Source of the DNA: an uncultured Gammaproteobacteria bacterium
GTDB lineage: Bacteria > Patescibacteriota > Microgenomatia > UBA1406
Assembly (NCBI GenBank): GCA_964414145.1
Contig: CAYPVH010000003.1
Span: forward strand, 30,592 to 94,591
Length of the DNA: 64,000 bases
Direction of reading: 5' to 3'
In this document: positions 35,962 to 46,405 of the stretch, piece by piece
Numbering within the stretch: the first letter of the stretch is position 1
How the letters are laid out: the number at the start of each line of letters is the position of its first letter
The notes under the pieces: model-generated
What the model was told of the DNA's origin: nothing
The model's input: only the letters and a program-made list of their open reading frames with translations
The model's database searches: none
Program-made: the position numbers and the translations under genes

Positions 35962-37398
35962 ATGAAACTTTACAACACCTACTCAAGAAAAAAAGAAAAC
36001 TTAATAACTAAAAAGAAGAACGAAGTTTTATTTTATCACTGTGGCCCAACAGTTTATTGGACTCAGCACATAGGTAACCTGCGGGGAATGGCAATGGGTG
36101 ACTTAGTGGTAAGAACACTGGAATACTTGGGTTTTAGTGTAAAACACGTACGAAATTATACCGATGTTGGCCACCTGAGTGGAGATAATATAGGGAACGC
36201 CGATATTGGTGAAGACAGAATGATTAAAGGGGCGAAACGAGAAAATTTAACTCCGCACCAAATTGCCAACAAGTACATAACTATTTTTGAGAAAGATACC
36301 CAAGCCCTTAACTTAAAAGAACCAACCCACAAACCCAGGGCAACCGAGTACATCAAGGAAATGCAAGCTATGATAGCTGAATTACTTAAAAAAGGTATGG
36401 CATATACTACCGACCTGGCAGTTTACTATGATGTTTCGAAATTTGTCGATTACGGTAAACTTTCCGGGAAAAAAATAGACGAGGAAATTGAAGGGGCAGG
36501 GGTGGGCCAAGTTACAGATAGCCAAAAAAAGAACCCGGCAGACTTTGTACTATGGTTTTTTAAAGCCGGAGTACATAAAAATGCTTTACAAACCTGGAAC
36601 TCACCATTTAAGTCTATGTTGGTTAAAAAAGGCGAGGGCTTTCCCGGCTGGCACATTGAGTGTTCGGCAATGACTAAAAAATTACTGGGGAAAACCTTAG
36701 ATATTCACATGGGTGGGGTAGAACACATTAGCATTCATCACCCTAATGAAATAGCGCAATCTGTTGCTGTAAACCAAGCCCCGCTTGCCAACTATTGGTT
36801 GCACAACGAACACTTGCTGGTTGATGGCAAAAAAATGGCCAAGTCGGAAGGCACCAGTTATTCATTAGCTGAAATAGTAGACCGGGGTTTTGACCCGCTT
36901 GACCTGCGTTACTTATTTTTGCAAGCCCATTACCGCTCTATTCAAAATTTTACTTTCAACTCCCTAAGTGCAGCAAGAACTGCTAGGCTTAATATTGTTC
37001 AAAAACTACAGAAACTAAAATCCTTCACAAATACTAATCAAGGAATTATTGTAAATGATAATGAAAAATTGTTTAAAGAAGCGCTTTGCGACGATTTTAA
37101 CACACCCAAAGCCTTGGCAGTAATGCACAACTTACTAGACACAGATATAAATGCTGCAGACATTATTAAAACAGTGCTTTTATTTGATTCGGTTTTTGCT
37201 CTAAATTTATCGGAAATGCTTAATTTTGAAGTACCACCCGGTGTGATTAAACTTGCCAAAAAAAGGCAAGACATGCGAAAAGGCAACAACTTTAAAGAAG
37301 CAGACTTAATAAGGGAAGAAATTGAAAGCATGGGTTTTATAGTTGAAGACAATAAAGATGAGTTCTACATTTATCCCCAAATACCAAAAACAAAGTAA
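35962..37398 (+). CDS. cysS: cysteine--tRNA ligase
   Basis: CGPTVYWTQHIGNLRG (HIGH-type), GWHIECSAM, and KMAKSEG (KMSKS). Confidence 0.95.
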   Translation: MKLYNTYSRKKENLITKKKNEVLFYHCGPTVYWTQHIGNLRGMAMGDLVVRTLEYLGFSVKHVRNYTDVGHLSGDNIGNADIGEDRMIKGAKRENLTPHQIANKYITIFEKDTQALNLKEPTHKPRATEYIKEMQAMIAELLKKGMAYTTDLAVYYDVSKFVDYGKLSGKKIDEEIEGAGVGQVTDSQKKNPADFVLWFFKAGVHKNALQTWNSPFKSMLVKKGEGFPGWHIECSAMTKKLLGKTLDIHMGGVEHISIHHPNEIAQSVAVNQAPLANYWLHNEHLLVDGKKMAKSEGTSYSLAEIVDRGFDPLDLRYLFLQAHYRSIQNFTFNSLSAARTARLNIVQKLQKLKSFTNTNQGIIVNDNEKLFKEALCDDFNTPKALAVMHNLLDTDINAADIIKTVLLFDSVFALNLSEMLNFEVPPGVIKLAKKRQDMRKGNNFKEADLIREEIESMGFIVEDNKDEFYIYPQIPKTK

Positions 37399-38257
37399 GG
37401 CAGGAATTAATACGGAAATTAAACAAACACTTAAATACTTTAAGAATTTTTTTTATGCACCAACCTTAGAAGAAGTCTGGCAATTCTTACCTGTTCAAAT
37501 TGAATTTAGGAAATTTAAGATAATCATTGAGAAACTAGTCGAAAAAAAGGAAGCGTATACGAAAAACAATCGATTGGTTTTACCGGTAAACAAAGAACTA
37601 ATAAAAAAATCGATTGAAAAACAAAAAATCAGCGCTGGAAAATGGCAGTTGTTAAAAGGTTACAAACCTCTTTTAAACAGAATCCCGTTTATACAATTTA
37701 TTGGCGTTTCGGGGAGTTTGGCTATGGGTAATGCAGAAAAGTGGCACGACATTGATCTATTTGTAATATCTTTTAAAAACAGGTTATTTTTGGCAAGGTT
37801 ATTTATAACCCTGCTCACAAAGATTTTTGGAATTAGAAGAAGTAGGGGAGTAGCGCAGGCACCCGATAAGCTTTGCCTTAACTTGTTTTTTGATGAATCA
37901 AGTTTAACTGTACCCAAGAAGAAACAAAGTTATTTTACGGCACATGAGGTGTTACAACTCTACCCGTTAATAAACCGAAAAAATACTTGGGAAAGGTTTA
38001 TTCAAGAAAACAGTTGGGTTAAAAAATATTTTCCAAATTGTAAAACCGAATTTAGGATTGGGAATGATCTTTCGGCGAAAGTTAAGAAGGAAACAAATAA
38101 TAATATTCCGATATTTATATTTGATGTTCTTGAAGTGCTTGCCAAAAGAATACAACTGATATTGATAAATAAACACAGAACAAATGAAACAATAACCAAT
38201 AAACAGCTTTGGTTTTTTCCGACCGACGTTGAGAGAAAAATAAAAAATATATTTTGA
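37343..38257 (+). CDS. nucleotidyltransferase (Pol-beta superfamily)-domain protein
   Basis: IGVSGSLAMGNAEKWHDIDLFVI (GS...D-x-D). Overlaps the cysS 3' end. Start uncertain (37343 or 37358). Confidence 0.55.
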   Translation: MKTIKMSSTFIPKYQKQSKAGINTEIKQTLKYFKNFFYAPTLEEVWQFLPVQIEFRKFKIIIEKLVEKKEAYTKNNRLVLPVNKELIKKSIEKQKISAGKWQLLKGYKPLLNRIPFIQFIGVSGSLAMGNAEKWHDIDLFVISFKNRLFLARLFITLLTKIFGIRRSRGVAQAPDKLCLNLFFDESSLTVPKKKQSYFTAHEVLQLYPLINRKNTWERFIQENSWVKKYFPNCKTEFRIGNDLSAKVKKETNNNIPIFIFDVLEVLAKRIQLILINKHRTNETITNKQLWFFPTDVERKIKNIF

Positions 38258-38305
38258 TTGTTTATTTGCCTTGCAAAAAATTTCTGAAACTTCTAGGATT
38301 AAGGT

Positions 38306-39280
38306 ATGCTGTTGATTTTTAACTTATTTCTTATATTGGGCTTATGTTTTTTAATGTATAGGGCTTCTAATTGGTTGATTAATGCTATTAAAGCAATATC
38401 TGCCGATGGGCTTATAAGTAAATTTTTTTTAGCCAGTATTTTTACCGGCATTGCAACATCGATACCGGAACTTTTTGTATCTATAACAGCCTCTTTGGAA
38501 GATAGCCCCAATATTGCTTTTGGAAATGCTATCGGTTCAAACATTGCTAATATTGGGTTAGTCTTCGCTTTGGCGGTAATCTTGTCACCTTATATTTTTA
38601 ATGTTAAAAAAGAAAACTTTTCTATTAAAACCACCTTGTTGTTACTTACTTCGTCTCTTTTTCCTTTTTTATTGGCAATTGACGGCAGCTTATCTCGAAT
38701 AGACGGTTTATTTTTAATTGCTCTTTTTTTGGTCTATTTGGTTTATATTTTAAATAAAAGCCCAAGCAAGAAACACCAAGGTTTAGAAGTATTCTTACAC
38801 AAACTGGAAAAGTCACTTCACAGAAAAAAAATAAGAAACGCAGTTTTAATGGCTTTAGGGTCTGTTTTTGTTCTTTTAGTATCGTCGCACATACTGATTA
38901 AGTCGGCAACATATATTTCTACTACTCTTTCGGTCAGACCATTTTTGGTTGCTGTTTTTATTATTGCCCCCGGAACCAGTTTGCCCGAACTGTTTGTAGC
39001 CCTGGCTTCGTTAAAGAAAAAAGAAGTCGACGTGCTTTACGGGGATATATTCGGTTCTTTGGTAGCTAATGCTAATTTGGTGATAGGTTTAGGAAGCGTT
39101 ATTCTTCCCTACAGGTTTTCTATATTTCCGGAATATTTGGTTTCGTTACTTGGACTTCTGGGAATATTTACATTGTTTATCGTATTTTCGCTTAGTAAAA
39201 GAAAATTTGAAAAGTGGGAAGCTTTTTTACTACTTGGTTTTTACCTACTTTTCTTTTTTGTGGAAAGTTCGTTCAGGTAG
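38306..39280 (+). CDS. Ca2+/cation antiporter (CaCA family, YrbG-like)
   Basis: Two alpha-repeats, GNAIGSNIANIGLV and GDIFGSLVANANLVIG, with about 10 TM segments. Confidence 0.85.
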   Translation: MLLIFNLFLILGLCFLMYRASNWLINAIKAISADGLISKFFLASIFTGIATSIPELFVSITASLEDSPNIAFGNAIGSNIANIGLVFALAVILSPYIFNVKKENFSIKTTLLLLTSSLFPFLLAIDGSLSRIDGLFLIALFLVYLVYILNKSPSKKHQGLEVFLHKLEKSLHRKKIRNAVLMALGSVFVLLVSSHILIKSATYISTTLSVRPFLVAVFIIAPGTSLPELFVALASLKKKEVDVLYGDIFGSLVANANLVIGLGSVILPYRFSIFPEYLVSLLGLLGIFTLFIVFSLSKRKFEKWEAFLLLGFYLLFFFVESSFR

Positions 39281-39328
39281 AATAATGAAATTGAAAATTA
39301 AAATTGCTTATGTTAAACTTCATTGAAT

Positions 39329-39625
39329 ATGAGTAAATATGAACTAGTTGTGGTTTTACCGGGTAATCTTCAAAAAGAAAACAATCAAAAACTAACAGCT
39401 AAAGTTAAAAAAGTTGTTTCTGATTTGAAAGCCGTAATTGAATCTGAAGTTGATTGGGGAGTAAGAAAACTCAGCTACCCTATAAAACAAAACACCTTGG
39501 GTCACTATTTGATTTGGAAATTAGATATACCCGTGAGCAGCATTAAAGAAATGAAAAGATTGCTTAATTTTGAAACAGATTTATTAAGATATATGTTATT
39601 AAAAGTTGATACAAAAAAAGAGTAA
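39329..39625 (+). CDS. rpsF: 30S ribosomal protein S6
   Basis: MSKYELVVVL... Conserved rpsF-ssb-rpsR order. TGTTAAACT lies 9 nt upstream of ATG 39329. Confidence 0.85.
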   Translation: MSKYELVVVLPGNLQKENNQKLTAKVKKVVSDLKAVIESEVDWGVRKLSYPIKQNTLGHYLIWKLDIPVSSIKEMKRLLNFETDLLRYMLLKVDTKKE

Positions 39626-39626
39626 A

Positions 39627-40127
39627 ATGGCTTCAAGATCATTAAATCAAGTGTTATTAATCGGGAATTTAACTAGGGATCCGGAATTAAGATATACCCC
39701 GCAAGGAACAGCAGTTTGCCAATTTGGTTTGGCTACAAACAGGGATTGGGTAACTGCAAACGGAGAGAAAAAAGAAGATGTTCAATATCATCGCCTTGTT
39801 GCTTGGAGTAAATTAGCCGAACTATGTGGTCAATTACTTAAAAAGGGTACTAAAGTATTTGTTGAAGGTCGAATTGTTTACAGAAGCTTTGAGGGAAAAG
39901 ACGGTCAGCAAAAAAATATTACTGAGGTTGTAATGAATAATATGATTATTTTGTCTCCCAAGGGTTTTACGGCTAAAGATGATAGTTATGCAGAAGAAGC
40001 CGATTCAGCAGAAGCCAAACCAGAAGCTAAAAAAAGTAAAAGTGTAACCAAAGAGAAAGTTGAAGACACACAATTAGACAATGATGAAGTATCTGAAGAA
40101 ATTTCGGACGATGAAATTCCATTCTAA
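39627..40127 (+). CDS. ssb: single-stranded DNA-binding protein
   Basis: LNQVLLIGNLTRDPELRYTPQGTAVCQFGLATNR OB-fold and the acidic tail DDEIPF. Confidence 0.95.
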   Translation: MASRSLNQVLLIGNLTRDPELRYTPQGTAVCQFGLATNRDWVTANGEKKEDVQYHRLVAWSKLAELCGQLLKKGTKVFVEGRIVYRSFEGKDGQQKNITEVVMNNMIILSPKGFTAKDDSYAEEADSAEAKPEAKKSKSVTKEKVEDTQLDNDEVSEEISDDEIPF

Positions 40128-40134
40128 ACCAAAT

Positions 40135-40341
40135 ATGAAAAAAAAATGTATATATTGCCAAGAAAACAGATTGCCAAGTTATTTAGAAGCAGAACAGTTA
40201 AAGAAATTTCTTACTCAACGAGGCAAGATTGTTTCCAGAGAACGGAGTAATCTTTGTGCTCAGCACCAAAGAAAGCTGGCCCGTGAAATAAAGAAAGCCA
40301 GGGTTTTAGCTCTCTTACCATTTGTGATTTATGAATCATAA
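40135..40341 (+). CDS. rpsR: 30S ribosomal protein S18
   Basis: CIYCQ...LKKFLTQRGKIVSRERSNLCAQHQRKLAREIKKARVLALLPF. Confidence 0.9.
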   Translation: MKKKCIYCQENRLPSYLEAEQLKKFLTQRGKIVSRERSNLCAQHQRKLAREIKKARVLALLPFVIYES

Positions 40342-41155
40342 TAACAAGTATAAAGCAAGAGACATTCTTAAAAATACAGGTATTTCGGTTTTAAATTCTA
40401 ATAATTCGATTGCAGAAACAGTATCAAAATTTAAAAGCAGTCACGATTCTGTGTCTGTTATTGATAATAATAAGCTTTTAGGTATAGTTAGCCCATATTA
40501 CACGCTTATTAAAAGAACCTACCCTTCGCAAACCAAGCTAAAAAATTGTTTATATTCACCGCCAAAAATAAGAATCGAAACATCTTTAACTAAGGTAGCG
40601 CAGCTAATGCTGGAAACAAAAATTCACTACTTACCGGTTGTTGATGAAAAGAATACCATGTTGGGTTTGGTTACTGCGAGAAGATTATTACGCAAAGCCT
40701 TGAATGAGGGAGTTTTTAATAACGTACAAGCAGCAGAATTTATAGAACAAAAGAACTATTTACAAACAATTAATATAAGCAGTAGTTTTAGTGAAGCAAT
40801 CCGTTTTTTTTATAATACCAAGCTTTCAAAACTGATTGTGGTTGACAATAACAATAAATTGCGCGGTATTATAACTTTTTTTGATCTTTTACCTTTGCTG
40901 CAGGTGTCTAAAAAAAGGAAAGGGTTTTGGGACAGGGGAGGTGAGGATTATACAAAATATGAAAATTATCGGCTTGATTCATATGTTAAAAGGTTAACAA
41001 CACAGGTTAGCTTAAACACAACTTTAAACCAGGTAATAGAATTAATATTAGAAAAAGAGATCGGTAGTGTGGTAGTGATGAAAGACAAGTTCAGACCAGA
41101 AAACATTATAACTACGAGCGACTTACTTAAGGCCTTTGTTTATTCGGTGAATTAA
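40331..41155 (+). CDS. CBS-domain protein (two CBS pairs)
   Basis: Repeated hhPVVD/hIVVD..G.hGIIT patterns (IHYLPVVDEKNTMLGLVT; KLIVVDNNNKLRGIIT). Confidence 0.7.
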   Translation: MNHNNKYKARDILKNTGISVLNSNNSIAETVSKFKSSHDSVSVIDNNKLLGIVSPYYTLIKRTYPSQTKLKNCLYSPPKIRIETSLTKVAQLMLETKIHYLPVVDEKNTMLGLVTARRLLRKALNEGVFNNVQAAEFIEQKNYLQTINISSSFSEAIRFFYNTKLSKLIVVDNNNKLRGIITFFDLLPLLQVSKKRKGFWDRGGEDYTKYENYRLDSYVKRLTTQVSLNTTLNQVIELILEKEIGSVVVMKDKFRPENIITTSDLLKAFVYSVN

Positions 41156-41180
41156 ATAAATTTGTTAGTATACTACTATA

Positions 41181-42512
41181 ATGGTGAAGGTAAAGGTTTC
41201 TTATGTTTGCGCTAATTGTGGTTCGGCTTTTTCCAGTTGGTTTGGTAGGTGCCCCGATTGTAATGAATGGGATACTTTAGCTGTGTTTAAAGAAAAAAAG
41301 CAAACATCAACAACCGGAGAAAGTATATATAAAGTAGAGGCAGGTTTTGCAAAGCTGTCTAGTTTATCGAGTAAAGACTATTTAAATACCAAGATAGAAT
41401 CTGGGTTTTATGAAGTTGATCGAGTGCTTGGTGGCGGCTTTGTAAACGATGAAGTGGTGCTACTATCTGGTGAACCCGGAGTGGGTAAGTCAACACTACT
41501 ATTATCACTACTGGGCAGCAGTACACTTAAAACTATAAAAGCTGCCTATATATCTACTGAAGAAGAACCAAGGCAAATAAAAAAAAGAGCAGAAAGACTT
41601 AATGTAGATTCTGACTCAATTTATTTTTCTAGCGAAAGGAATATTGAATCGTTGCTTAATGGTTTGAAAGCCGTAATTAAATCAGGACAGGTAAAAATAT
41701 TAATATTTGATTCGCTTCAGGGGTTATATTCAGAAACGAGTGACGGGATTGCCGGTTCTGTTTCTCAGGCTAAGGAGGTATTGGTTAAGATTATGGAATT
41801 TTCAAAACAAAACAGAGTAGTTTCTGTTGTTGTTGGTCACATTACAAAGGGGGGTGAAATAGCCGGACCAAAGTTTTTAGAGCATATGGTAGACTGTGTG
41901 CTTTTTTTAGAGGGTGAAAAAAACAGTAACTTACGAATGTTAAGGTCTTTCAAAAATAGATATGGTTCGGTTGAGGAAGTTGGTTTTTTTGAAATGGAAA
42001 ACATGGGTTTGAAGGAAGTAAAAAACCCAAGTCACTTTTTTCTTGATTGGAATGAAGCTAATTTGGGTAAAACAGCGGTTGGGGTAAAGAAAGGGATGCG
42101 TATAGTATTTGCAACAATTGAATCGTTAGCTGTATCTTCAAGTTTGGCGTTTCCCAAAAGAGTGGCAAAGGGAATAGACGCCAAAAGACTAGAGCTGATT
42201 TTGGCTATACTTAAAAAATACCTAAAATTGCAAACAGATAAATACGATATCTATGTAAATGTAACCGGGGGTTTGAAGATAAATGATCCGCTTGCCGACT
42301 TGGCTGTTGCTGCTTCTGTTTATTCCAGTTTAGTTGGTAAGGAGTTTAATAAGAAATCTTTATTCATTGGTGAAGTAGGGCTTCTGGGCAACGTAAGACC
42401 TACACAGGCACATAAGCAGATTGCTAAGGAAGCAAAGCGCTTAGGCTTTGAAACAATCTATAGTGCCGAAAATATTGACCAGATTACCAAACTAAAAACA
42501 CTGGTAAGGTAA
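41181..42512 (+). CDS. radA: DNA repair protein RadA/Sms
   Basis: Zn finger YVCANCGSAFSSWFGRCPDCNEWDT, P-loop GEPGVGKST, KNRYG (KNRFG-type), Lon-like C-terminal domain. Confidence 0.95.
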   Translation: MVKVKVSYVCANCGSAFSSWFGRCPDCNEWDTLAVFKEKKQTSTTGESIYKVEAGFAKLSSLSSKDYLNTKIESGFYEVDRVLGGGFVNDEVVLLSGEPGVGKSTLLLSLLGSSTLKTIKAAYISTEEEPRQIKKRAERLNVDSDSIYFSSERNIESLLNGLKAVIKSGQVKILIFDSLQGLYSETSDGIAGSVSQAKEVLVKIMEFSKQNRVVSVVVGHITKGGEIAGPKFLEHMVDCVLFLEGEKNSNLRMLRSFKNRYGSVEEVGFFEMENMGLKEVKNPSHFFLDWNEANLGKTAVGVKKGMRIVFATIESLAVSSSLAFPKRVAKGIDAKRLELILAILKKYLKLQTDKYDIYVNVTGGLKINDPLADLAVAASVYSSLVGKEFNKKSLFIGEVGLLGNVRPTQAHKQIAKEAKRLGFETIYSAENIDQITKLKTLVR

Positions 42513-42524
42513 AGAAATTTTATG

Positions 42525-42533
42525 TGATATAAT
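42525..42533 (+). promoter_or_regulatory. extended -10 box TGATATAAT, 7 nt before ATG 42541
   Basis: Exact TGnTATAAT with no SD. Confidence 0.45.
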
Positions 42534-42540
42534 TAATGAA

Positions 42541-43554
42541 ATGAATAAAGAAGTTGTAGTAGCGGTGTTTATTGGTGTTCTGTTTGGTGTTTTGGGTGCT
42601 ATATATTTAAGTAATTCTAAACCAAAAAATAACTCAACGGCATTAACAGTTGGGTCGGTACAAATAACTCCGCAAATAACAACTAAGGGTTCACAATTAG
42701 CTACTTACAGTTCGCTGCCTGAAAGTGGTTCTGTTGTAAATTCAGATACTTTAAATATATCCGGGAAAGCCGGTAAAGATAGTTTAATATTTGCTGCTAG
42801 TTTGAATAATATTTCTAACATTTCAATTAAAAATAATAAATTTTTAGAAAAACTAAAACTTAAACCGGGTTTGAATGAAATAGCCCTTCTTGAGTATAGT
42901 AATGATAACGAAAGACTGAAGCTGTTGAAAATCTATTTTTACAAGAAAAATTCCGATACTAAAAGTTTTACAACTGAAAGTGAAAAGGAATCTTCAAGTG
43001 AAGCAGATCTTTTAAAAGACAAGTTGGAAAGTAAGGTTATTGAATTAAGGGAAAGCCCTGAAACAGCAATAAATGGTTCGGTAAAATCTATTAACGATAA
43101 AGAATTGCTTATTGAAGAAGGGAAAACTGTTCATAAAATAGTTTTGGAATCTGAAATAACAGATATTTATGAAGTTAGCAGAAATGGTGAACTAACCAAA
43201 GTAGAAATTGATGACGTAACTAAAGGTCTACAGGTAACTGCATTTATCAGTAAAATAGGGAGCGAAGAAAAAAGCTACACAGTATACCTTGAACCAACCG
43301 AGAGCCTTGTTGTTGGAAAAGTTTCGAATTTAGATGAAGAAAACTATCAGGTTTCGGTTATGAATTTTGACAAAACAGTTACATCTATTGAAATACAAAC
43401 CGCTTCGATACAAAACTACTTTGATACCAAGACCGGCGAAACCACTAAATATGGCTTCTCAAAGTTACAGATAGGACAAAGAATAATAGCGATTATTAGA
43501 ACACTGGGTAATAATTCTTCGGTTGTTGAATATTTATGCTTGGATCCGCAATAA
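42541..43554 (+). CDS. hypothetical membrane-anchored exported protein
   Basis: N-terminal TM VVVAVFIGVLFGVLGAIYL followed by an S/N/E/K-rich ectodomain. Confidence 0.55.
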   Translation: MNKEVVVAVFIGVLFGVLGAIYLSNSKPKNNSTALTVGSVQITPQITTKGSQLATYSSLPESGSVVNSDTLNISGKAGKDSLIFAASLNNISNISIKNNKFLEKLKLKPGLNEIALLEYSNDNERLKLLKIYFYKKNSDTKSFTTESEKESSSEADLLKDKLESKVIELRESPETAINGSVKSINDKELLIEEGKTVHKIVLESEITDIYEVSRNGELTKVEIDDVTKGLQVTAFISKIGSEEKSYTVYLEPTESLVVGKVSNLDEENYQVSVMNFDKTVTSIEIQTASIQNYFDTKTGETTKYGFSKLQIGQRIIAIIRTLGNNSSVVEYLCLDPQ

Positions 43555-43556
43555 AA

Positions 43557-44762
43557 ATGAAGGGTGAATTCAGTAGTGTAGAAATCTTAAAAAACTATTC
43601 CAGTGTACTTGTTAATTTCGCCCTAAATTCGGGCAAGGGTGTACGGTCGGGTGAAGTTGTATACTTACAGTTTGATTTACCGGCCATACCTTTGGCAAGG
43701 GAAGTTTATAAAGAAATATTAAAAAATGGAGCTAACCCGATATTGAAGATAGCGGAGCAAAGCTTTTCAAAAATATTTTTTGAACAAGCTAGTCCTGAGC
43801 AGTTAAGATTTTTCCCCAAGAAATACACAAAAAGCTTAGTAGACACCATTGACCACAGAATTTACTTACTGGCACCCGAGGACCCTTTCTATCTAAAAAA
43901 TGTTAATCCAGAAAAGCTAATGATTGCAAATGAAAACAATAAGCTGTACAGGAAATGGCTTCAGCAAAAAGAAGATAAGGGCAAGTTAACCTGGACTTTG
44001 GCTTTGTACCCAACTAGGGGAATGGCAAAAGAGGCATTGCTTACTGTTAAGGAGTTTGCCGCTCAAATTGAAAAAGCATGTTTTTTAAAAGAGGCAGAGC
44101 CATTATTAAAATGGCAACAAGTGTTTGAAGAAATAGAGAAAATCAGAACTACGCTTAATAAACTACCAATAAAAAATTTGAACATAAAAGCAAAAAATAC
44201 AAATTTGAATATAGGATTAGGAGAAAAAAGAAATTGGGTTGGTGGATCGGGAAGAAACATACCCAGTTTTGAAATATTTACCAGCCCGGACTGGCGAAAT
44301 GTAAACGGCTACATTTATTTTGATTTTCCGCTTTACCGTTATGGAAATATTATTAAAGACATTTATTTAAGCTTTAAAAATGGCAGAGTACAAGAAATTA
44401 AAGCGGCGAAAAATCAGAAGCTTTTAGAGGAGCTGGTAAAACAAAAAAATGCCAACAAGCTGGGCGAATTTTCGCTAACCGATACCCGCTTTTCTAAAAT
44501 AGATAAATTTATGGCGAACACTTTATATGACGAGAATTTTGGTGGTAAGTATGGCAATACCCATGTGGCTTTGGGTTCGTCGTATCACGACGCCTATGAT
44601 GGCGACGCAAGTGACGTTAGTAAAGCAGTATGGAAAGAATTGGGCTTTAATGATTCGGTGGAGCACACCGATATTATTGCAATAACAGACAGAGTAGTTG
44701 AGGCAGAGTTAAAAGACGGCAGTAAAAAAGTGATATATAAAAAGGGTAGATTTGTATTCTAG
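43557..44762 (+). CDS. M29-family aminopeptidase (AmpS/PepS-like)
   Basis: FEIFTSPDW, NTLYDENFGGKYGNTHVALGSSY, and HTDIIA motif series. Confidence 0.8.
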   Translation: MKGEFSSVEILKNYSSVLVNFALNSGKGVRSGEVVYLQFDLPAIPLAREVYKEILKNGANPILKIAEQSFSKIFFEQASPEQLRFFPKKYTKSLVDTIDHRIYLLAPEDPFYLKNVNPEKLMIANENNKLYRKWLQQKEDKGKLTWTLALYPTRGMAKEALLTVKEFAAQIEKACFLKEAEPLLKWQQVFEEIEKIRTTLNKLPIKNLNIKAKNTNLNIGLGEKRNWVGGSGRNIPSFEIFTSPDWRNVNGYIYFDFPLYRYGNIIKDIYLSFKNGRVQEIKAAKNQKLLEELVKQKNANKLGEFSLTDTRFSKIDKFMANTLYDENFGGKYGNTHVALGSSYHDAYDGDASDVSKAVWKELGFNDSVEHTDIIAITDRVVEAELKDGSKKVIYKKGRFVF

Positions 44763-44764
44763 GT

Positions 44765-44935
44765 TTATAGCCATTAGTCATTATTCAGAAGACAATATCC
44801 AATAGACAAAATTCAATAGTCAATATAAACTCGAATATCGAAATCCGAATTTCGAAACCCCACTTCGCCAAGGCTTCGAGGGGCAAGCAATATCAAATAT
44901 TCAATGTTCAAAATCTAAAACAAACACCAAAAATT
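44765..44935 (+). repeat. mosaic word-like intergenic repeat block
   Basis: 44765-44846 matches the reverse complement of the 51906-51965 word series. 44831-44857 is a (t)cgaa(t/a)atcgaaatccgaat module also seen at 18316-18345, 51652-51682, 45497-45515 (reverse complement) and 2814-2846. Confidence 0.8.
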
Positions 44936-45319
44936 AATATTAATACGATTCTTTCACTACTTCATTGATGAATAAATAAATTTATAGCTAATATTAATTT
45001 GGAACTCAAAGTTAATACACATTTATTGTTGGTAAAAATTTAGGGTTTAATATAGTCTTAATAAAAATAATTTATTATAGTCTGACTACATAAAAACATT
45101 GGCAAATACGTTGAAAACGAAATATATTTAAGCGCCAAAAAATTTTATTATCATAGATTTAATACTGTTTTAATTGTCAGTTCATGCAAGAAAAACCAAA
45201 ATAAATGTATATTAACTCTGAATACATTGTCAAGAGATCCTTCAGTCGTCTTTCGGACTTGTTTGATAATAAGTTATTGGTAATTGAAAATTAAGCTTAT
45301 TCCTGCATTCCTAGCTTTG

Positions 45320-45597
45320 TTTCTTATTTCAAGCTTCTAAATTTATTCAAAATTAGAAATTTGAAATTCAAAATTTGGATTTTGTAATTTGTGATTTGTT
45401 TGGAGTGCTTGGAATTTGGTTATTGGAATTTATTCCCTTATTTCTATGTTCCCAAATTCATAAATTCATATATTCCTGTTTTTATTAGAATTTAGATATT
45501 CGGATTTCGGATTTATTTCTCTTGTTATTACCTCATAACCCGTAACCAGTAACTAGCAACCTGTAAATCTTATCTCCTAACTCCTAAATCCTAACTC
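45320..45597 (-). repeat. mosaic intergenic repeat, copy C of the ~270-bp inverted pair (partner 18278-18540)
   Basis: See 18278-18540. In addition, 45567-45640 is the reverse complement of modules found at 2425-2460 and 3522-3582. Confidence 0.85.
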
Positions 45598-45673
45598 TTT
45601 CTTTTAGCAATTTAATCATTTAACAATTTAGCAATATACTTATTTTTGCTTTTTAACCCCCAATTTATATATA

Positions 45674-46405
45674 ATGAAATTTATGGCTTTTAAAATAAAA
45701 ATACCAGTAGATTTATTACCCATTGCCAGTAAATTAAAAAGCGGCCAAAAAATTGACTGGGGTAAGAAAAGTTTAAAAGAGAAGAGCTTTGAAGAAAAAA
45801 CTATAGATTTAGCAGAAGAGCTAAGTATACAAGCACATGAGGTATTCAAATACGTGTCTGTGTCTTTAGGCGAAATTGTAGAAAAGGGTAAAGTATTGGC
45901 TAAAAAGAAGGGCTTAATAAACAGCAAAACTGTTAAAGCACCAAGTAAATGCGAAGTAAGAAGCATAGATCATACAGACGGAACTTTAAAAATTGCAATT
46001 GAGGAAGAAGTGGATGTTCCTTTTAATTTAGAGGCGAAGTTTATTGATAAGAGTGACGGAAATTATATATTTGAAGTTAATAAAGGATTGCAAACAATTC
46101 TAGAATTTTCAATGGAAAAAACATTCGGAGGCGAGTGTAGCTATATTGAAAAAGAATCAGAAATTTTACCGGAGAACGTTGAAAACAAAGTTGTTGTTAC
46201 ATCACTTAAAAAAGGGATGGATTTGGCTAAAATATGGGCTTTAGGACCAATCGCAATCGTTTCCAGCGAAAGTAGTTACTATCACAGTGAACTGAGTTTG
46301 GCATTATTAAAGGAAAAGCCAGATTTTAAGCAAATAGTTAAAGACAAATGGAAAAAAGCTATTTACTTTCTGAATAGTAAAACTATATACTTTTATAATC
46401 CATAA
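45674..46405 (+). CDS. hypothetical protein
   Basis: 243-aa ORF directly abutting ctpA. A possible barrel-sandwich (biotin/lipoyl-like) segment GEIVEKGKVLAKKKG...VKAP is weak evidence. Start may be 45683. Confidence 0.5.
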   Translation: MKFMAFKIKIPVDLLPIASKLKSGQKIDWGKKSLKEKSFEEKTIDLAEELSIQAHEVFKYVSVSLGEIVEKGKVLAKKKGLINSKTVKAPSKCEVRSIDHTDGTLKIAIEEEVDVPFNLEAKFIDKSDGNYIFEVNKGLQTILEFSMEKTFGGECSYIEKESEILPENVENKVVVTSLKKGMDLAKIWALGPIAIVSSESSYYHSELSLALLKEKPDFKQIVKDKWKKAIYFLNSKTIYFYNP

